Source of the DNA: an uncultured virus (IMG/VR IMGVR_UViG_3300020577_012118)
Taxonomy: Duplodnaviria; Heunggongvirae; Uroviricota; Caudoviricetes
Reading direction: 5' to 3' (one strand)
IMG/VR virus record: IMGVR_UViG_3300020577_012118
Length of the DNA stretch: 64,000 bases
The notes under the pieces were generated by a model. That model was not told the origin of the DNA. It did no database searches and saw only the letters and a program-made list of their open reading frames with translations. Positions within the stretch are counted from its first letter, which is position 1. Every line of letters starts with the position of its first letter. Shown here piece after piece: positions 1-9,095 of the stretch. The position numbers and the translations under genes are program-made.

Positions 1-86
1 TTTGGCCTTCATCCCTGGACCCATAGGGCCGCAGGGCCGTTCGTTTCGCGCTACCGTCCCCTCCGCCCGGGCAGGGGCAAACGCGA

Positions 87-121
87 AAGGGCGGGCGGCG
101 CTCGACGCGCCGCCCGCCCTT
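87..121 (-). terminator. Intrinsic terminator-like hairpin downstream of CDS 209-1576
   Basis: 15-bp arms AAGGGCGGGCGGCGC / GCGCCGCCCGCCCTT with a 5-nt loop; only a short T run follows on the minus strand. Confidence 0.55.
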
Positions 122-143
122 CCATTTGCCCATGGGCAAATGG
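122..143. promoter_or_regulatory. Palindromic site copy 1 (core TTGCCCATGGGCAA)
   Basis: Perfect 22-bp palindrome CCATTTGCCCATGGGCAAATGG; core recurs at 8 other positions. Confidence 0.7.
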
Positions 144-155
144 TGTTCATCAATG

Positions 156-192
156 GCCACGGGGCGGACGCTTGAAGCGTCCGCCCCGTGGC
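156..192. repeat. Perfect 18-bp inverted repeat
   Basis: GCCACGGGGCGGACGCTT-G-AAGCGTCCGCCCCGTGGC, just downstream of the stop at 209. Confidence 0.75.
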
Positions 193-208
193 GTCCAGGC
201 CGATCGGC

Positions 209-1576
209 CTAGTTCTTCTTTGCATTCCGCGCGGCCATGAGAGCCTTTTGCGCTTCGATGCGGTCGCAACCGTTTTCCGCCATATAGTCCATAATCTTCG
301 ATTCCTTGATCAGGATCGCGGCCAGTTCCTTCATCGCTTGGCCGCGGCCCGCGGCCGCCATCCCTTTAATGATCGGCAGGAAGAAATCTTTAACCGTGGC
401 GCGGTCGGCATCCATACCGATCGATTGAAGGATCTTCGCCCCGTCATCGTGCGCCGCGATGGCGTCCAAAACCATGACGCTCGAAACGGCGGGCTTGACG
501 TCCAGACGAACGAACGGTTCCTGCGATTCGGGCCGTTCGCCCGTGGCGAGGTGGGGGTTTGCGGCGACGGTCGATTCCTCCGCCGACGCCACGGGAACGA
601 GCGCGGGAGCGGCGACGGGGGCGGACGACGTCGCCGCGGGGGCGGCCGCGGGGGGCGTCGTTTCGGGGGCGGCCGACGTCGCCGCGGGGGCATGCGGCTT
701 CACGTCCTCCGCCGTCTCGACCGCGGGCTTTACGAACGGATCGGCGCAGACGTTCCCGTTCTTATCTTTCTTCGCCCGGGCGAAGCGCACCAGTTCCGCG
801 CACAGTTCACCCATATCGGTTCCGTGCGCCTTCCCATCCTTCGTCCGGCGGATGCGGGCTTGCACGTGATCGGGCAGGGGGAATTTCTCCGAGTGCGCCG
901 CGGCCAAGAGCAGCTTGGCGCTGTTCTCGATTCCGGGCACCATCTCCCAGCTCTCGACGTCCTTCCCCGCGGGATCGGCCTTCCGCTCGAACAATCCGCC
1001 GAAACCCTTCTGCGCCATCAGAGGGAGCGCCACGATAACGGCCCGCCCGAAATAGCTGCACGCCGCGTTAATTTGCAAAGCCCGCGTAACGTCCGAAGCG
1101 TAGTCCGTGGCCGTGGCGTTCAGGATGGCCCCCGCGAGTTCGTCGATGGCGAGGGCACGCTTGCCGATCCCGTGGCGGACGATGAAATCGGCGACGAACG
1201 GCGCGATGGCCGCGCCCGCATCGGCGAGCCATGAACGCTGTGTTTTGTCGTAGCGCACGAATTGCGCCACGATGGCGTTGCGCGTCCTTTCCAGGACGAC
1301 GTCCAGCTTGCGCATCGCTTCCGCCCGGGCCAGTTCCTCTTTCGCCTTCTCAGCGGCCGCCGCGGCTTCCGCGGCCGCGGCCGCCTCAGTGTCCGCGGCC
1401 AGCTGCGCCAGCGCCGCCGCGCCGTCCAGGACGACGGGAGGCGTCTCGACCGTGGCGGGGGCGGCCGCCGCGGGGGGCGTCTCGACCGTGGCCATGATCG
1501 CCACGGGATCGGCCGCGTTGTTTCCGACCGCATTGGCCGCGTTCGCGTTCTTCATCTTCTTCATCTTGCTCGCCAT
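209..1576 (-). CDS. Hypothetical Ala/Pro-rich protein, probable early gene
   Basis: Long ORF; ATG at 1576 (MASKMKK) preceded by GGGAG; sigma70-like promoter upstream and hairpins downstream. Confidence 0.7.
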   Translation of the reverse strand: MASKMKKMKNANAANAVGNNAADPVAIMATVETPPAAAAPATVETPPVVLDGAAALAQLAADTEAAAAAEAAAAAEKAKEELARAEAMRKLDVVLERTRNAIVAQFVRYDKTQRSWLADAGAAIAPFVADFIVRHGIGKRALAIDELAGAILNATATDYASDVTRALQINAACSYFGRAVIVALPLMAQKGFGGLFERKADPAGKDVESWEMVPGIENSAKLLLAAAHSEKFPLPDHVQARIRRTKDGKAHGTDMGELCAELVRFARAKKDKNGNVCADPFVKPAVETAEDVKPHAPAATSAAPETTPPAAAPAATSSAPVAAPALVPVASAEESTVAANPHLATGERPESQEPFVRLDVKPAVSSVMVLDAIAAHDDGAKILQSIGMDADRATVKDFFLPIIKGMAAAGRGQAMKELAAILIKESKIMDYMAENGCDRIEAQKALMAARNAKKN

Positions 1577-1743
1577 GATCGTCTCCCGTTCGCTTGTTTC
1601 CGTCCCCTGCTGAATGCTGGGGATCGGCTCGCCCGTTGTGGGCATTGGTGCGCCGCGGAGCAGCCCGCGGTCGATGACGCTTGTCCGCACCCGTTCGCCC
1701 CGTCGTCCCGTTCGTTTCGTTCGACCCATTGCCATCCGTCGCA

Positions 1744-1772
1744 AGTATGGCGATCGCGTCCCGATATGTCAA
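1744..1772 (-). promoter_or_regulatory. sigma70-like promoter
   Basis: Minus strand TTGACA-N17-CATACT; upstream flank nearly identical to that of the promoter at 62141-62169. Confidence 0.65.
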
Positions 1773-1869
1773 ACGATGGACTATGTTTCGACGACGCATT
1801 GCGTCGCAACAGCAAGAGACACAATGAGTTATGCGTTTCAAGATTCCGTTTCGTATTCGTGTAAACCCG

Positions 1870-1885
1870 TTTGCCCATGGGCAAA
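1870..1885. promoter_or_regulatory. Palindromic site copy 2
   Basis: TTTGCCCATGGGCAAA, intergenic, about 100 bp upstream of the leftward promoter. Confidence 0.7.
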
Positions 1886-2384
1886 TTCCCAGCAGCTGGC
1901 GAACGCTCGAATTCCTGGAATCCTGGCATAGCTCATCGTCCCGCGCCGCCTGGGGAGAGGGCATACCCATAGCTCACCCTCGCACGTATGCCCCATGGGG
2001 ATGGGTGAGGAGAGGACAGGGCAGGGGCAATGGGGACATGCGTCACGGGATGGGGCGTCGTGGTGCCGATATTCCGCATGCGATCGTCAGGCGAAACGTG
2101 TAAGTGTATGGTAGCACACGTGTTAGAGTGTATACCTACCCCTACGGCCCCCAACCAGGGCCGTTAGTATCATCACGTCCTCCCCGCAGGATTTTTGACC
2201 CCACACAATTCGGCCCATGGTGGGATCGCCGCGTTGAACGGCGTTCGTCGTCACGTGGAAAATCGGTTGACGCCGCACGGGCCTGTAGGACGGACCCGAT
2301 TCGGGCCTGATCCGATGGTGGGGTGAAGGGGGTGATAAGAGGGGGGTCCGGGGGGAGAGAAGAGGGGGACAGGGGAGGGCAGCC

Positions 2385-2458
2385 CAACCGTTGAGTCTCC
2401 GACCCGACCTACGACCCCGGAGGCCCTAGCAAGGGTCGGGTCGGAGACTTGACGGTTG
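2385..2458 (+). other. Long stem-loop (25-bp stem, 24-nt loop)
   Basis: CAACCGTTGAGTCTCCGACCCGACC pairs with GGTCGGGTCGGAGACTTGACGGTTG; the two non-Watson-Crick positions are G-U on the + strand. Confidence 0.65.
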
Positions 2459-2464
2459 TTGCGG

Positions 2465-2800
2465 CTAGTTGGTCCTGGCGATCATGGACCGCCCGGTGTG
2501 GTCATCGCGGCGGCAGAGGTTGGCCAGGGCCCTCTCGCGGTCGCCGGGCGTGAACACGCCCCGCAGGAGGACGACCGATTCGGTCAGGATGTCCGGGAAG
2601 CCTGGTGCCGGCATGTTGTGGATCACCTCCAGAACCTGGTAGCGGCCGAACTTGCCGCCCAATGCTTCGGCGATCGTGACCGTCTCGTTGATCCGCGGCG
2701 GGACCAGCATGCGGTACGTGCCCAATTTTCGAAAGCCGTCGGGACTGTTCGGGTCAGCGACGACGTAAACGACAGCGGCTTCGACGCTCGTTTCTGCCAT
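2465..2800 (-). CDS. Hypothetical protein
   Basis: ATG at 2800 after GGAGGGG; globular-looking sequence MAETSVEAAVVYVVADP. Confidence 0.6.
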   Translation of the reverse strand: MAETSVEAAVVYVVADPNSPDGFRKLGTYRMLVPPRINETVTIAEALGGKFGRYQVLEVIHNMPAPGFPDILTESVVLLRGVFTPGDRERALANLCRRDDHTGRSMIARTN

Positions 2801-2936
2801 TTCCCCCTCCAAACGTAGCGACCGAGGCGGCCGCTCCTCATCGATCGTACTTATCCCCGGCCGGGAGGAACAGACCACGGGCACGGCAGTACGCTCGTGG
2901 GGTCAGGGGCTGCGCAAAACGCGGAAAGGGGACAGA

Positions 2937-4175
2937 ATGTTGAGCCAATTCAGCCGTTTCGGGAAGTTCGGCGTCGGCACGTGCTTCAACCACGACCTGG
3001 GCGGCGGCGGCCAGCTGCCGACGGCCCCCGCCGCCGTCCCGGCGGCCGCCCCGCCGGCTGTTCCGGCCACTCCGCAGGCGGGCGGAGGCATCCTCGACCC
3101 GCGCGGACCCGAAGGAAGCCCGCACCCGGGCTCGTTCGAGGCACCGGCGGCGGTCACGGCTCCGCCGGCGGCCGTTCCGACCGCTCAACCGGCCGTTCCG
3201 GCGGCGGAAGAGGGGTTGGCGGCCAACCCGGGTGCCGTGATCCCGCCGGCCAACGACCCGAACGCGGCGGCGGCCCCGAAAACGGCCCGCGAGATCGCCG
3301 CCCAGCTGGGTTTCGGCGCGGCGGCCAGCTTCGGCGACGACACGACGTTCGTCCAGACGGTCCTGGCTCACGCGAACCAGGCCGAGGCGTACCGGATGCA
3401 GGCGTTGCAGCTGCAACAGCAGCTCATCGCCCTCTCGACCGGCCAGAACCCGCCGGCCGCGGCCGCCCCGGCGACGCCGGCGGCCCCGCAGGCGGGCAAG
3501 TTCTGGAACCCGCCCGAGTACAACCCGGCCTGGGAGGGACTGGTGACCAAGGGCGCGGACGGGCAACTCGCCCTGGTGCCCGGGACGCCGGCCGACGTCC
3601 TGCCGAAGTACATCGCCTACCACGCGCACAAGCGCGACTTCGCCGAAAAGCTCCTGTCCAACCCCGAGGCGACGCTCGCACCGCTGATCGCCGCCCAGGC
3701 CGAGGCCAAGGCACGCGAGATCATCCAGAAGGAGACGGCGACGCGCGACGAGACGACCTACGTCCAGTCGTTCATCCGCGAGAACTCCGACTGGCTGCAC
3801 CAGCGTGACGTGTCCGGGCGGGTCGTGACGGCGGCCAACGGCGCTCCGGTCCTGTCGCCGATCGGCCAGGCGTTCCAGGCGCACGTGAACCAGGCCCAGC
3901 AGCTGGGCATCCGCGACGCCCGCGGGCAGGAGCAGTACGCGCGGAACATGCTCCGCAGCGACATCCTCGCCCAGCAGCAAGCCCAGGCGGCCCAGGCGGC
4001 GGCCGCCCAGCAGACGGTGACGGCAGCCAACCGGCGGCCGAACGCATCCGGGACGATCCCCCAGCCCGGCGTCCCCGCCGTGGCGATGCCCGGGATGTCG
4101 CTACGGGACCAGATGGCCCTGGCGATGCGAGAGATGGGGATCACGGACGACGCCGTAAACGCCGGGATGGGTTGA
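2937..4175 (+). CDS. Probable capsid scaffolding protein
   Basis: Ala/Pro/Gln-rich with coiled-coil-like stretches, directly upstream of the major capsid gene. Confidence 0.55.
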   Translation: MLSQFSRFGKFGVGTCFNHDLGGGGQLPTAPAAVPAAAPPAVPATPQAGGGILDPRGPEGSPHPGSFEAPAAVTAPPAAVPTAQPAVPAAEEGLAANPGAVIPPANDPNAAAAPKTAREIAAQLGFGAAASFGDDTTFVQTVLAHANQAEAYRMQALQLQQQLIALSTGQNPPAAAAPATPAAPQAGKFWNPPEYNPAWEGLVTKGADGQLALVPGTPADVLPKYIAYHAHKRDFAEKLLSNPEATLAPLIAAQAEAKAREIIQKETATRDETTYVQSFIRENSDWLHQRDVSGRVVTAANGAPVLSPIGQAFQAHVNQAQQLGIRDARGQEQYARNMLRSDILAQQQAQAAQAAAAQQTVTAANRRPNASGTIPQPGVPAVAMPGMSLRDQMALAMREMGITDDAVNAGMG

Positions 4176-4243
4176 CCCCGAACCCCCGGTAATCCACCAC
4201 CACCAACCCCGGCAGTTCGGGGGCGACGAGGAGAGGCAGCAAG

Positions 4244-5317
4244 ATGTCGAACGACTGGTCACGGGTCGTGAACACCACGATCAGCAACTACATCCGGGGC
4301 GAAGAGGTCAACATCCTCCGCAACCGGAAGCTGACCGCGCTCCTCAAGAGCCGCGGCCGGATCACGATGAACTGGGCCGGCGACGACATGACCTGGCGGA
4401 TCCGCTACAAGCGGGGGGTCATGAACGGCTACGCCGACACCGACTCGATGAACTTCAAACGGCAGGACCGCTGGAAGACGGCCCGGCTGGGGTGGCGTGG
4501 GTACAACAGCACGGACGCGATGACCAAGCAGGAGCGGCTGAAGAACCGCGGCGTCCAGGCCATCATCAACGTCTATTCGCAGATCGCGCAGTCGTTGATG
4601 GAGGACATGGAGGAGGCGTTCAGCGACGAGCTTTACGTTGACGGGAACGCGACCGGCAACGCGAAGAAGATCCACGGGATCGAGTCGTTCATGGGCGCGG
4701 GCGCGTCCAACGGCTACGTCGCCACGCCGAGCGACAGCTTCGCGGGCCTGAACACGGACCTGGGCAGCTACGGCGGCGGCTGGACCGGCACCTGGCCGAC
4801 CGGCAAGGGTGACGCGAACTACGACTTCTGGAGTCCGCTCCTGGTGGACTACACCGGCAGCGGCTGGGAAGCGGCGACGAAGACGTGGGCCAACACGTGC
4901 GTCGAGAGCCTGCGGTTCGCGATCATCAAGAGCCAGAAGAACAAGACGCAGCGCGGCAAGCTCGACGTCTTCATGCTCAACGACGAGCTTTACCGGGGTT
5001 TCCTGGGCCGGCTCGACGAGAAGCAGCGGCTCCAGATCCAGAGCAACAGCAGCAACAGTACGCTCATCAAGCTGGGCTTCACCGACGTCCAGAACTTCGA
5101 CGGGGTGGACATCACCTACGAGTACGGCACGCCCGCTGACACGGGGTACGGCCTCAACATCGACCAGATGGAGATGCGGTCGATGCAGGGTCAGCTGTTC
5201 GTGCCGGACGGCCCGGATTACGACATCGCCACGAAGTCCTGGCGCTTCTCGATCGATTTCTTCGGGAACTGCGTCTGGAACCCGCGCTACCAGGTCAAGC
5301 TGAAGAACTACTCGTGA
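4244..5317 (+). CDS. Major capsid protein (podovirus-type family)
   Basis: 357 aa; pattern TTI..Y....NILRN..L..LL..RG and ELYVDGNATGNAKKIHGI resemble podoviral major capsid proteins; strong RBS GAGGAG; hairpin after stop. Confidence 0.8.
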   Translation: MSNDWSRVVNTTISNYIRGEEVNILRNRKLTALLKSRGRITMNWAGDDMTWRIRYKRGVMNGYADTDSMNFKRQDRWKTARLGWRGYNSTDAMTKQERLKNRGVQAIINVYSQIAQSLMEDMEEAFSDELYVDGNATGNAKKIHGIESFMGAGASNGYVATPSDSFAGLNTDLGSYGGGWTGTWPTGKGDANYDFWSPLLVDYTGSGWEAATKTWANTCVESLRFAIIKSQKNKTQRGKLDVFMLNDELYRGFLGRLDEKQRLQIQSNSSNSTLIKLGFTDVQNFDGVDITYEYGTPADTGYGLNIDQMEMRSMQGQLFVPDGPDYDIATKSWRFSIDFFGNCVWNPRYQVKLKNYS

Positions 5318-5323
5318 CGTCCG

Positions 5324-5356
5324 GCGATCGGCCGGGCCAGGTGCCCGGCCGATCGC
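5324..5356 (+). terminator. Stem-loop after major capsid gene
   Basis: 14-bp perfect stem GCGATCGGCCGGGC / GCCCGGCCGATCGC; no strong U tract. Confidence 0.5.
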
Positions 5357-5411
5357 GGCCGTTCGATCCCATGAACCACCAGTGACCCGAGCGGGTCGGA
5401 GAACCACCAGA

Positions 5412-6020
5412 ATGTCACGCGACGAGACCCTGCCGTTCCCGGTCGGCAGCACCTTCTACGGTGCCGACACGACGGTCATCAATCAGACCGAGAACTCCCA
5501 CCTCGAGGGGAAGGAGTACCTGGTCGAGGACGAGGACCTGAGCAACGGCACAATCGGCTCGACCAGCAGTCGGTCCGGGCGGCTCCGCCGCCTGCGGATC
5601 GTGCGCAACATGAACGCCACGACGCTCAACGCGAAGGAAATCGCGAAGCTCAAGATCAACGGCTCCACCAAGAACGTGATGAGCGGCCAGGTGGACGGCC
5701 TGTGCGCCAGCTACTCCGACAAGGGGTATCCGGTGGACGAGTACCTGGGCAGTTCGGGCTGCCCGCAGTACGACCTGTGCTACGTCGTGGTTGACGGCTA
5801 CGCCAAGTGCAAAACCGACTCCGCCGGCGACACCAACTTCGGCATCGGCGACGTCCTCGTGCCCGGGGCCGGCACGGCGGGCCGGGTGATCCAGCTGGAC
5901 GGCACCGTCACCGGGGCGAACCTGTTCGCCTGCGTGTTCAACGCGATCGGCCGCGCGACCGAGGCCGTCAACGCCACGTCCACCGACGTCGTGGTTGACG
6001 TCGGCGCTCACCGCCGCTGA
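5412..6020 (+). CDS. Probable capsid decoration/cement protein
   Basis: Follows the capsid gene; Gly/Thr-rich beta-type sequence; GGAG RBS. Confidence 0.5.
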   Translation: MSRDETLPFPVGSTFYGADTTVINQTENSHLEGKEYLVEDEDLSNGTIGSTSSRSGRLRRLRIVRNMNATTLNAKEIAKLKINGSTKNVMSGQVDGLCASYSDKGYPVDEYLGSSGCPQYDLCYVVVDGYAKCKTDSAGDTNFGIGDVLVPGAGTAGRVIQLDGTVTGANLFACVFNAIGRATEAVNATSTDVVVDVGAHRR

Positions 6021-6197
6021 TCCTTTCGACCCCTGTCCCCCGCGGGGGCGTGTCCGGGATTACCGGCACGCCCCCGCCCCGTTTATAGCCCATCTCTCCA
6101 CATCCCAGCAGAGCGGAACGGTTCTCCATCGGCGTGGATAATGGACGCCGCGGCCCCGCTCCGGGGCCGAACCCCCTGCCCCGAAGGAGTTCCCCCT

Positions 6198-6542
6198 ATG
6201 GCTTCCGCCCCGTCCAGCGCCCCCGCTGCGCCCAAGGCGGCCCCCGGCTACATGCAGGCGAGCTACTGGCTCTCCCTGGTCGGCGTCATCGTCACCGTCC
6301 TGGTGGTCACCGGCCTGGTGCCGGCCCAGGAGTCGGCGACCGTGGCCAGCCTGCTCACCGACCTGGTGACGAAGTTCTTCGTCCTCCTGTCGGCACTCGT
6401 GCCCATCTGGCAGTTCGTCCACACCCGCGTCGTCGTGCCCTCGACGCCGCGGCCCAGCCCGGACGCCAGCCCGAAGCCGACCGGCCCCGAGCCGGCCGAC
6501 CACGCCGTCGTCGTGATCCCGCCGGAAGACTACCGCGTCTGA
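6198..6542 (+). CDS. Putative holin
   Basis: Two hydrophobic segments; PGYMQASYWL resembles the PGYKTTEFW-type holin motif; AAGGAG RBS. Confidence 0.6.
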   Translation: MASAPSSAPAAPKAAPGYMQASYWLSLVGVIVTVLVVTGLVPAQESATVASLLTDLVTKFFVLLSALVPIWQFVHTRVVVPSTPRPSPDASPKPTGPEPADHAVVVIPPEDYRV

Positions 6543-6616
6543 CCGGCCCAACGGCCCCGCCGGCGTCGTCCGCACGCCGGCGGGGCCATCCCAGGACCGC
6601 GGACCGGAGGGACGAG

Positions 6617-7384
6617 ATGATGAAGAACGTGTCCGCGATCCTGTTCCTGGCCGTGGCCATCGTCGCCATGCCTGCCAGGGCCGCGACGCCGGCCGTGTGG
6701 TCCGGCGAGTTGAAGTACCAGATCGCCCCGGTGGTGGCCGAGGACGTGCGGCTCGACGTGCCCGAGGAACTGCCGGTCAAGCGCGGCCGGTTCAAGCTGT
6801 TCAAGCCCGAGACCAACGGCAAGGTGACGTTCCTGTTGCCCGCCGGCGACGTGATCGACGTCCTGCCGTACCTGGACGGCCAGTACCAGGTGAGCGGCGA
6901 CGAGGGGACGCACGAACTTATCGTGATCGCCGCCAAGGACTCGAACGTGGTCGTGAGGCGGATGAAGGTGGTCATCGGGTCCGGGACGCCGACGCCGGGC
7001 CCTTCCCCGAAGCCGGTCGATCCGCCCGCGCCGCCCAAGCCGGTCGAGCCGGCCGTCACGGACCCGCTGCACAAGGACCTCCTGGCCCTGTTCGCCGCGG
7101 AGACGTCGCCGGCCAAGGACAAGGCGGTCATGCTGCTGTCCGCGGTCTACGGCGACCAGAAGGCGGTGGCCGACAACGCCGCGCAGGTCCTGGCCGACCT
7201 GCGCGTGCAGTCGAAGAAGGCCGGCCTGGGCGACGCGGACGTCCTGCTGATCCGCACGCGGATCGGCGTGGAGTTGAAGGCGGCCCTGCCGACGTCGGCG
7301 ACGGCCAAGATCGACGACGAAGGCAAGAAGAAGCTGCTCGACCTGTTCGCGCGGCTGTCGCGGATCCTCGCCTTGCTCAAGTGA
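6617..7384 (+). CDS. Secreted/membrane-anchored protein with Pro-rich linker (possible lysis accessory)
   Basis: Signal peptide MMKNVSAILFLAVAIVAMPARA; PTPGPSPKPVDPPAPPKP linker; lies between holin and peptidase. Confidence 0.6.
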   Translation: MMKNVSAILFLAVAIVAMPARAATPAVWSGELKYQIAPVVAEDVRLDVPEELPVKRGRFKLFKPETNGKVTFLLPAGDVIDVLPYLDGQYQVSGDEGTHELIVIAAKDSNVVVRRMKVVIGSGTPTPGPSPKPVDPPAPPKPVEPAVTDPLHKDLLALFAAETSPAKDKAVMLLSAVYGDQKAVADNAAQVLADLRVQSKKAGLGDADVLLIRTRIGVELKAALPTSATAKIDDEGKKKLLDLFARLSRILALLK

Positions 7385-7429
7385 GCCGGCCGGGGCCGCG
7401 TGGGGCGCGAGAACGAAAGCGAGGGTGCG

Positions 7430-7591
7430 ATGAGCGTTTCTCTGTTGATTCAACTGATCGGCCTGGTGTGCTGGCTCCTGCACGGGAGCTTTCACACCAA
7501 GGTTGCCGACTCGTGGAACGCCGAGGACGGCCGTTGGTGCGAGTCATGGATGTGCCGGAAGTGCGGTAAGACCTGGGAGGCCAAGCGATGA
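7430..7591 (+). CDS. Small hydrophobic protein with CxxC
   Basis: Hydrophobic N-terminus, CRKC; ATGA overlap with the next gene. Confidence 0.45.
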   Translation: MSVSLLIQLIGLVCWLLHGSFHTKVADSWNAEDGRWCESWMCRKCGKTWEAKR

Positions 7592-8583
7592 TCCCCCTTT
7601 TCGGCTGGGTGCCGCCGCGCAGTCGGACGGAGGAGCAGCACGCCGCCCACGACAAGGCCGTCGGCGAGATGCCCAAGTTCACGATCAAGGGCCGGACCGT
7701 CTACGGTCCGGCGAAGAAGGTCGTCCTCTTCGACTGGTCCAAGGAGGCCAACGGGGGCGAACACCTCGCCCCGTTCCACCAGTACAGCGGATCCTGCGTC
7801 GGCCAGGGCCTGGGGATGGCCTGGTGGACGCTGATCGGCGTGCAGATGGTCAAGCTGGGCATGGTGATCGCGAACACGATGCCGATGTACCTGGTGACCT
7901 ACGGCAAGAGCCGCGAGTTGATGGGGGCCAGGGGCAAGGGCGAGGGGTCGCTGGGCAGCATGGCGGCGAAGGCCGCGCAGCTGTACGGCGCTCCCCCCTG
8001 CGACCTCGACGGGCTCCCCAAGGCCGTCAAGGAGGCGGACGGAGCGCTCGCCTACGGCAAGTCGGTCGAGATCGCGTACAGCTACGGGCCGGCGATCGAC
8101 AAGAAATGGCACGAGGCCGCGAAGCCGTACCTGATCCGCACCGTGTCCCCGGTGCGGACAGCCGACAGCGTCCGCGAGGCGGTCGTGAACGGCTACCCCT
8201 GCACGATCGCCAGCGACTGGGGCGGGCTCCAGGACAGCCGCGGCCGCATCTACCCCTGCCCGGTAGAGAGCGGCGTCCTCATGAACCGCCGCGCCAGCGT
8301 GTGGCCTCACCAGATGTGCGTCCTGGGGTGGTGGGAACACCCGGTCCTGGGTGAAATCTTCTACATCCGCAACTCGTGGGGCGCGAAGGTCCACGGGCTG
8401 TGTCCGACCGGAGCGCCCGCCGGCGGATTCTGGGTGCGGAAGGCGGACATGGACTACATCACCCGCCAGGGCGACTCGTTCGCCTTCTCCAGCTTCGTCG
8501 GATATCCGGCCCAGAACATGGAGTTGGATTTCTTCGTCAGCGAGAGGCGGGACAGCGGCTTGCTCCTGGCGGAGGCCGCCTGA
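7588..8583 (+). CDS. Papain-like (C1) cysteine peptidase, candidate endolysin
   Basis: Q..GSCVG (catalytic Cys), HQMCVLGW (His), FYIRNSWG (Asn), GGFW. Confidence 0.8.
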   Translation: MIPLFGWVPPRSRTEEQHAAHDKAVGEMPKFTIKGRTVYGPAKKVVLFDWSKEANGGEHLAPFHQYSGSCVGQGLGMAWWTLIGVQMVKLGMVIANTMPMYLVTYGKSRELMGARGKGEGSLGSMAAKAAQLYGAPPCDLDGLPKAVKEADGALAYGKSVEIAYSYGPAIDKKWHEAAKPYLIRTVSPVRTADSVREAVVNGYPCTIASDWGGLQDSRGRIYPCPVESGVLMNRRASVWPHQMCVLGWWEHPVLGEIFYIRNSWGAKVHGLCPTGAPAGGFWVRKADMDYITRQGDSFAFSSFVGYPAQNMELDFFVSERRDSGLLLAEAA

Positions 8584-8589
8584 AACCGA

Positions 8590-8618
8590 GAAGGGCCGGG
8601 CGAATCGCCCGGCCCTTC
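8590..8618. terminator. Terminator-like hairpin between convergent genes
   Basis: GAAGGGCCGGGCGA-A-TCGCCCGGCCCTTC. Confidence 0.65.
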
Positions 8619-8622
8619 GCCT

Positions 8623-9024
8623 TTACCAAGCCCCGATCGACGGCGATCGGTCCAGGATGCGGACCGTTCCGGTCCCGAACTCCTGGTAGACCGCCCCGCG
8701 CGGGAAGCCGTTCACGATCTCGATCAGCCCCTTCTCGTCGCCCCGCTTCACGGGGATCCGCTGCCGGCCGTCGATCGGCATGTCGTCCGTCCTGACCCAC
8801 TTCATCGCTGTCGCCTCCGGGGGTGTTGGTTGTGCCCCCCGGATGATCCACCGCCTGGCCCGGTTCGTTCCGTCCGGGTCGGGCCGCATGATGCGACGCC
8901 ACTGCTCGCGCAGCCGCTCGTCCCTCTTTGCCTGCTCGCGGACGAAGACATCGACGGCCAGGTGCAGCGTCACGGCGTACTGGCCCTTCGCGTGATACAG
9001 CCTCGTCAGTTCGACCTTATTCAC
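8623..9024 (-). CDS. Hypothetical protein (N-terminus MNKV)
   Basis: GTG start after GGAAAGGGG; converges on hairpin 8590-8618. Confidence 0.5.
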   Translation of the reverse strand: MNKVELTRLYHAKGQYAVTLHLAVDVFVREQAKRDERLREQWRRIMRPDPDGTNRARRWIIRGAQPTPPEATAMKWVRTDDMPIDGRQRIPVKRGDEKGLIEIVNGFPRGAVYQEFGTGTVRILDRSPSIGAW

Positions 9025-9095
9025 GTCGGTGCCCCTTTCCCTACGATACCACCTCGCCGATCACCAGGATCGTCCCGCAACGAAGGAGTCTGGCC

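Noticed and set aside
2320..2385. Purine-rich tract whose reverse frame reads PPLSPSSLPPDPPLITP, like an initiator linker or pseudogene
   Set aside because: No flanking coding similarity; low complexity alone is insufficient.
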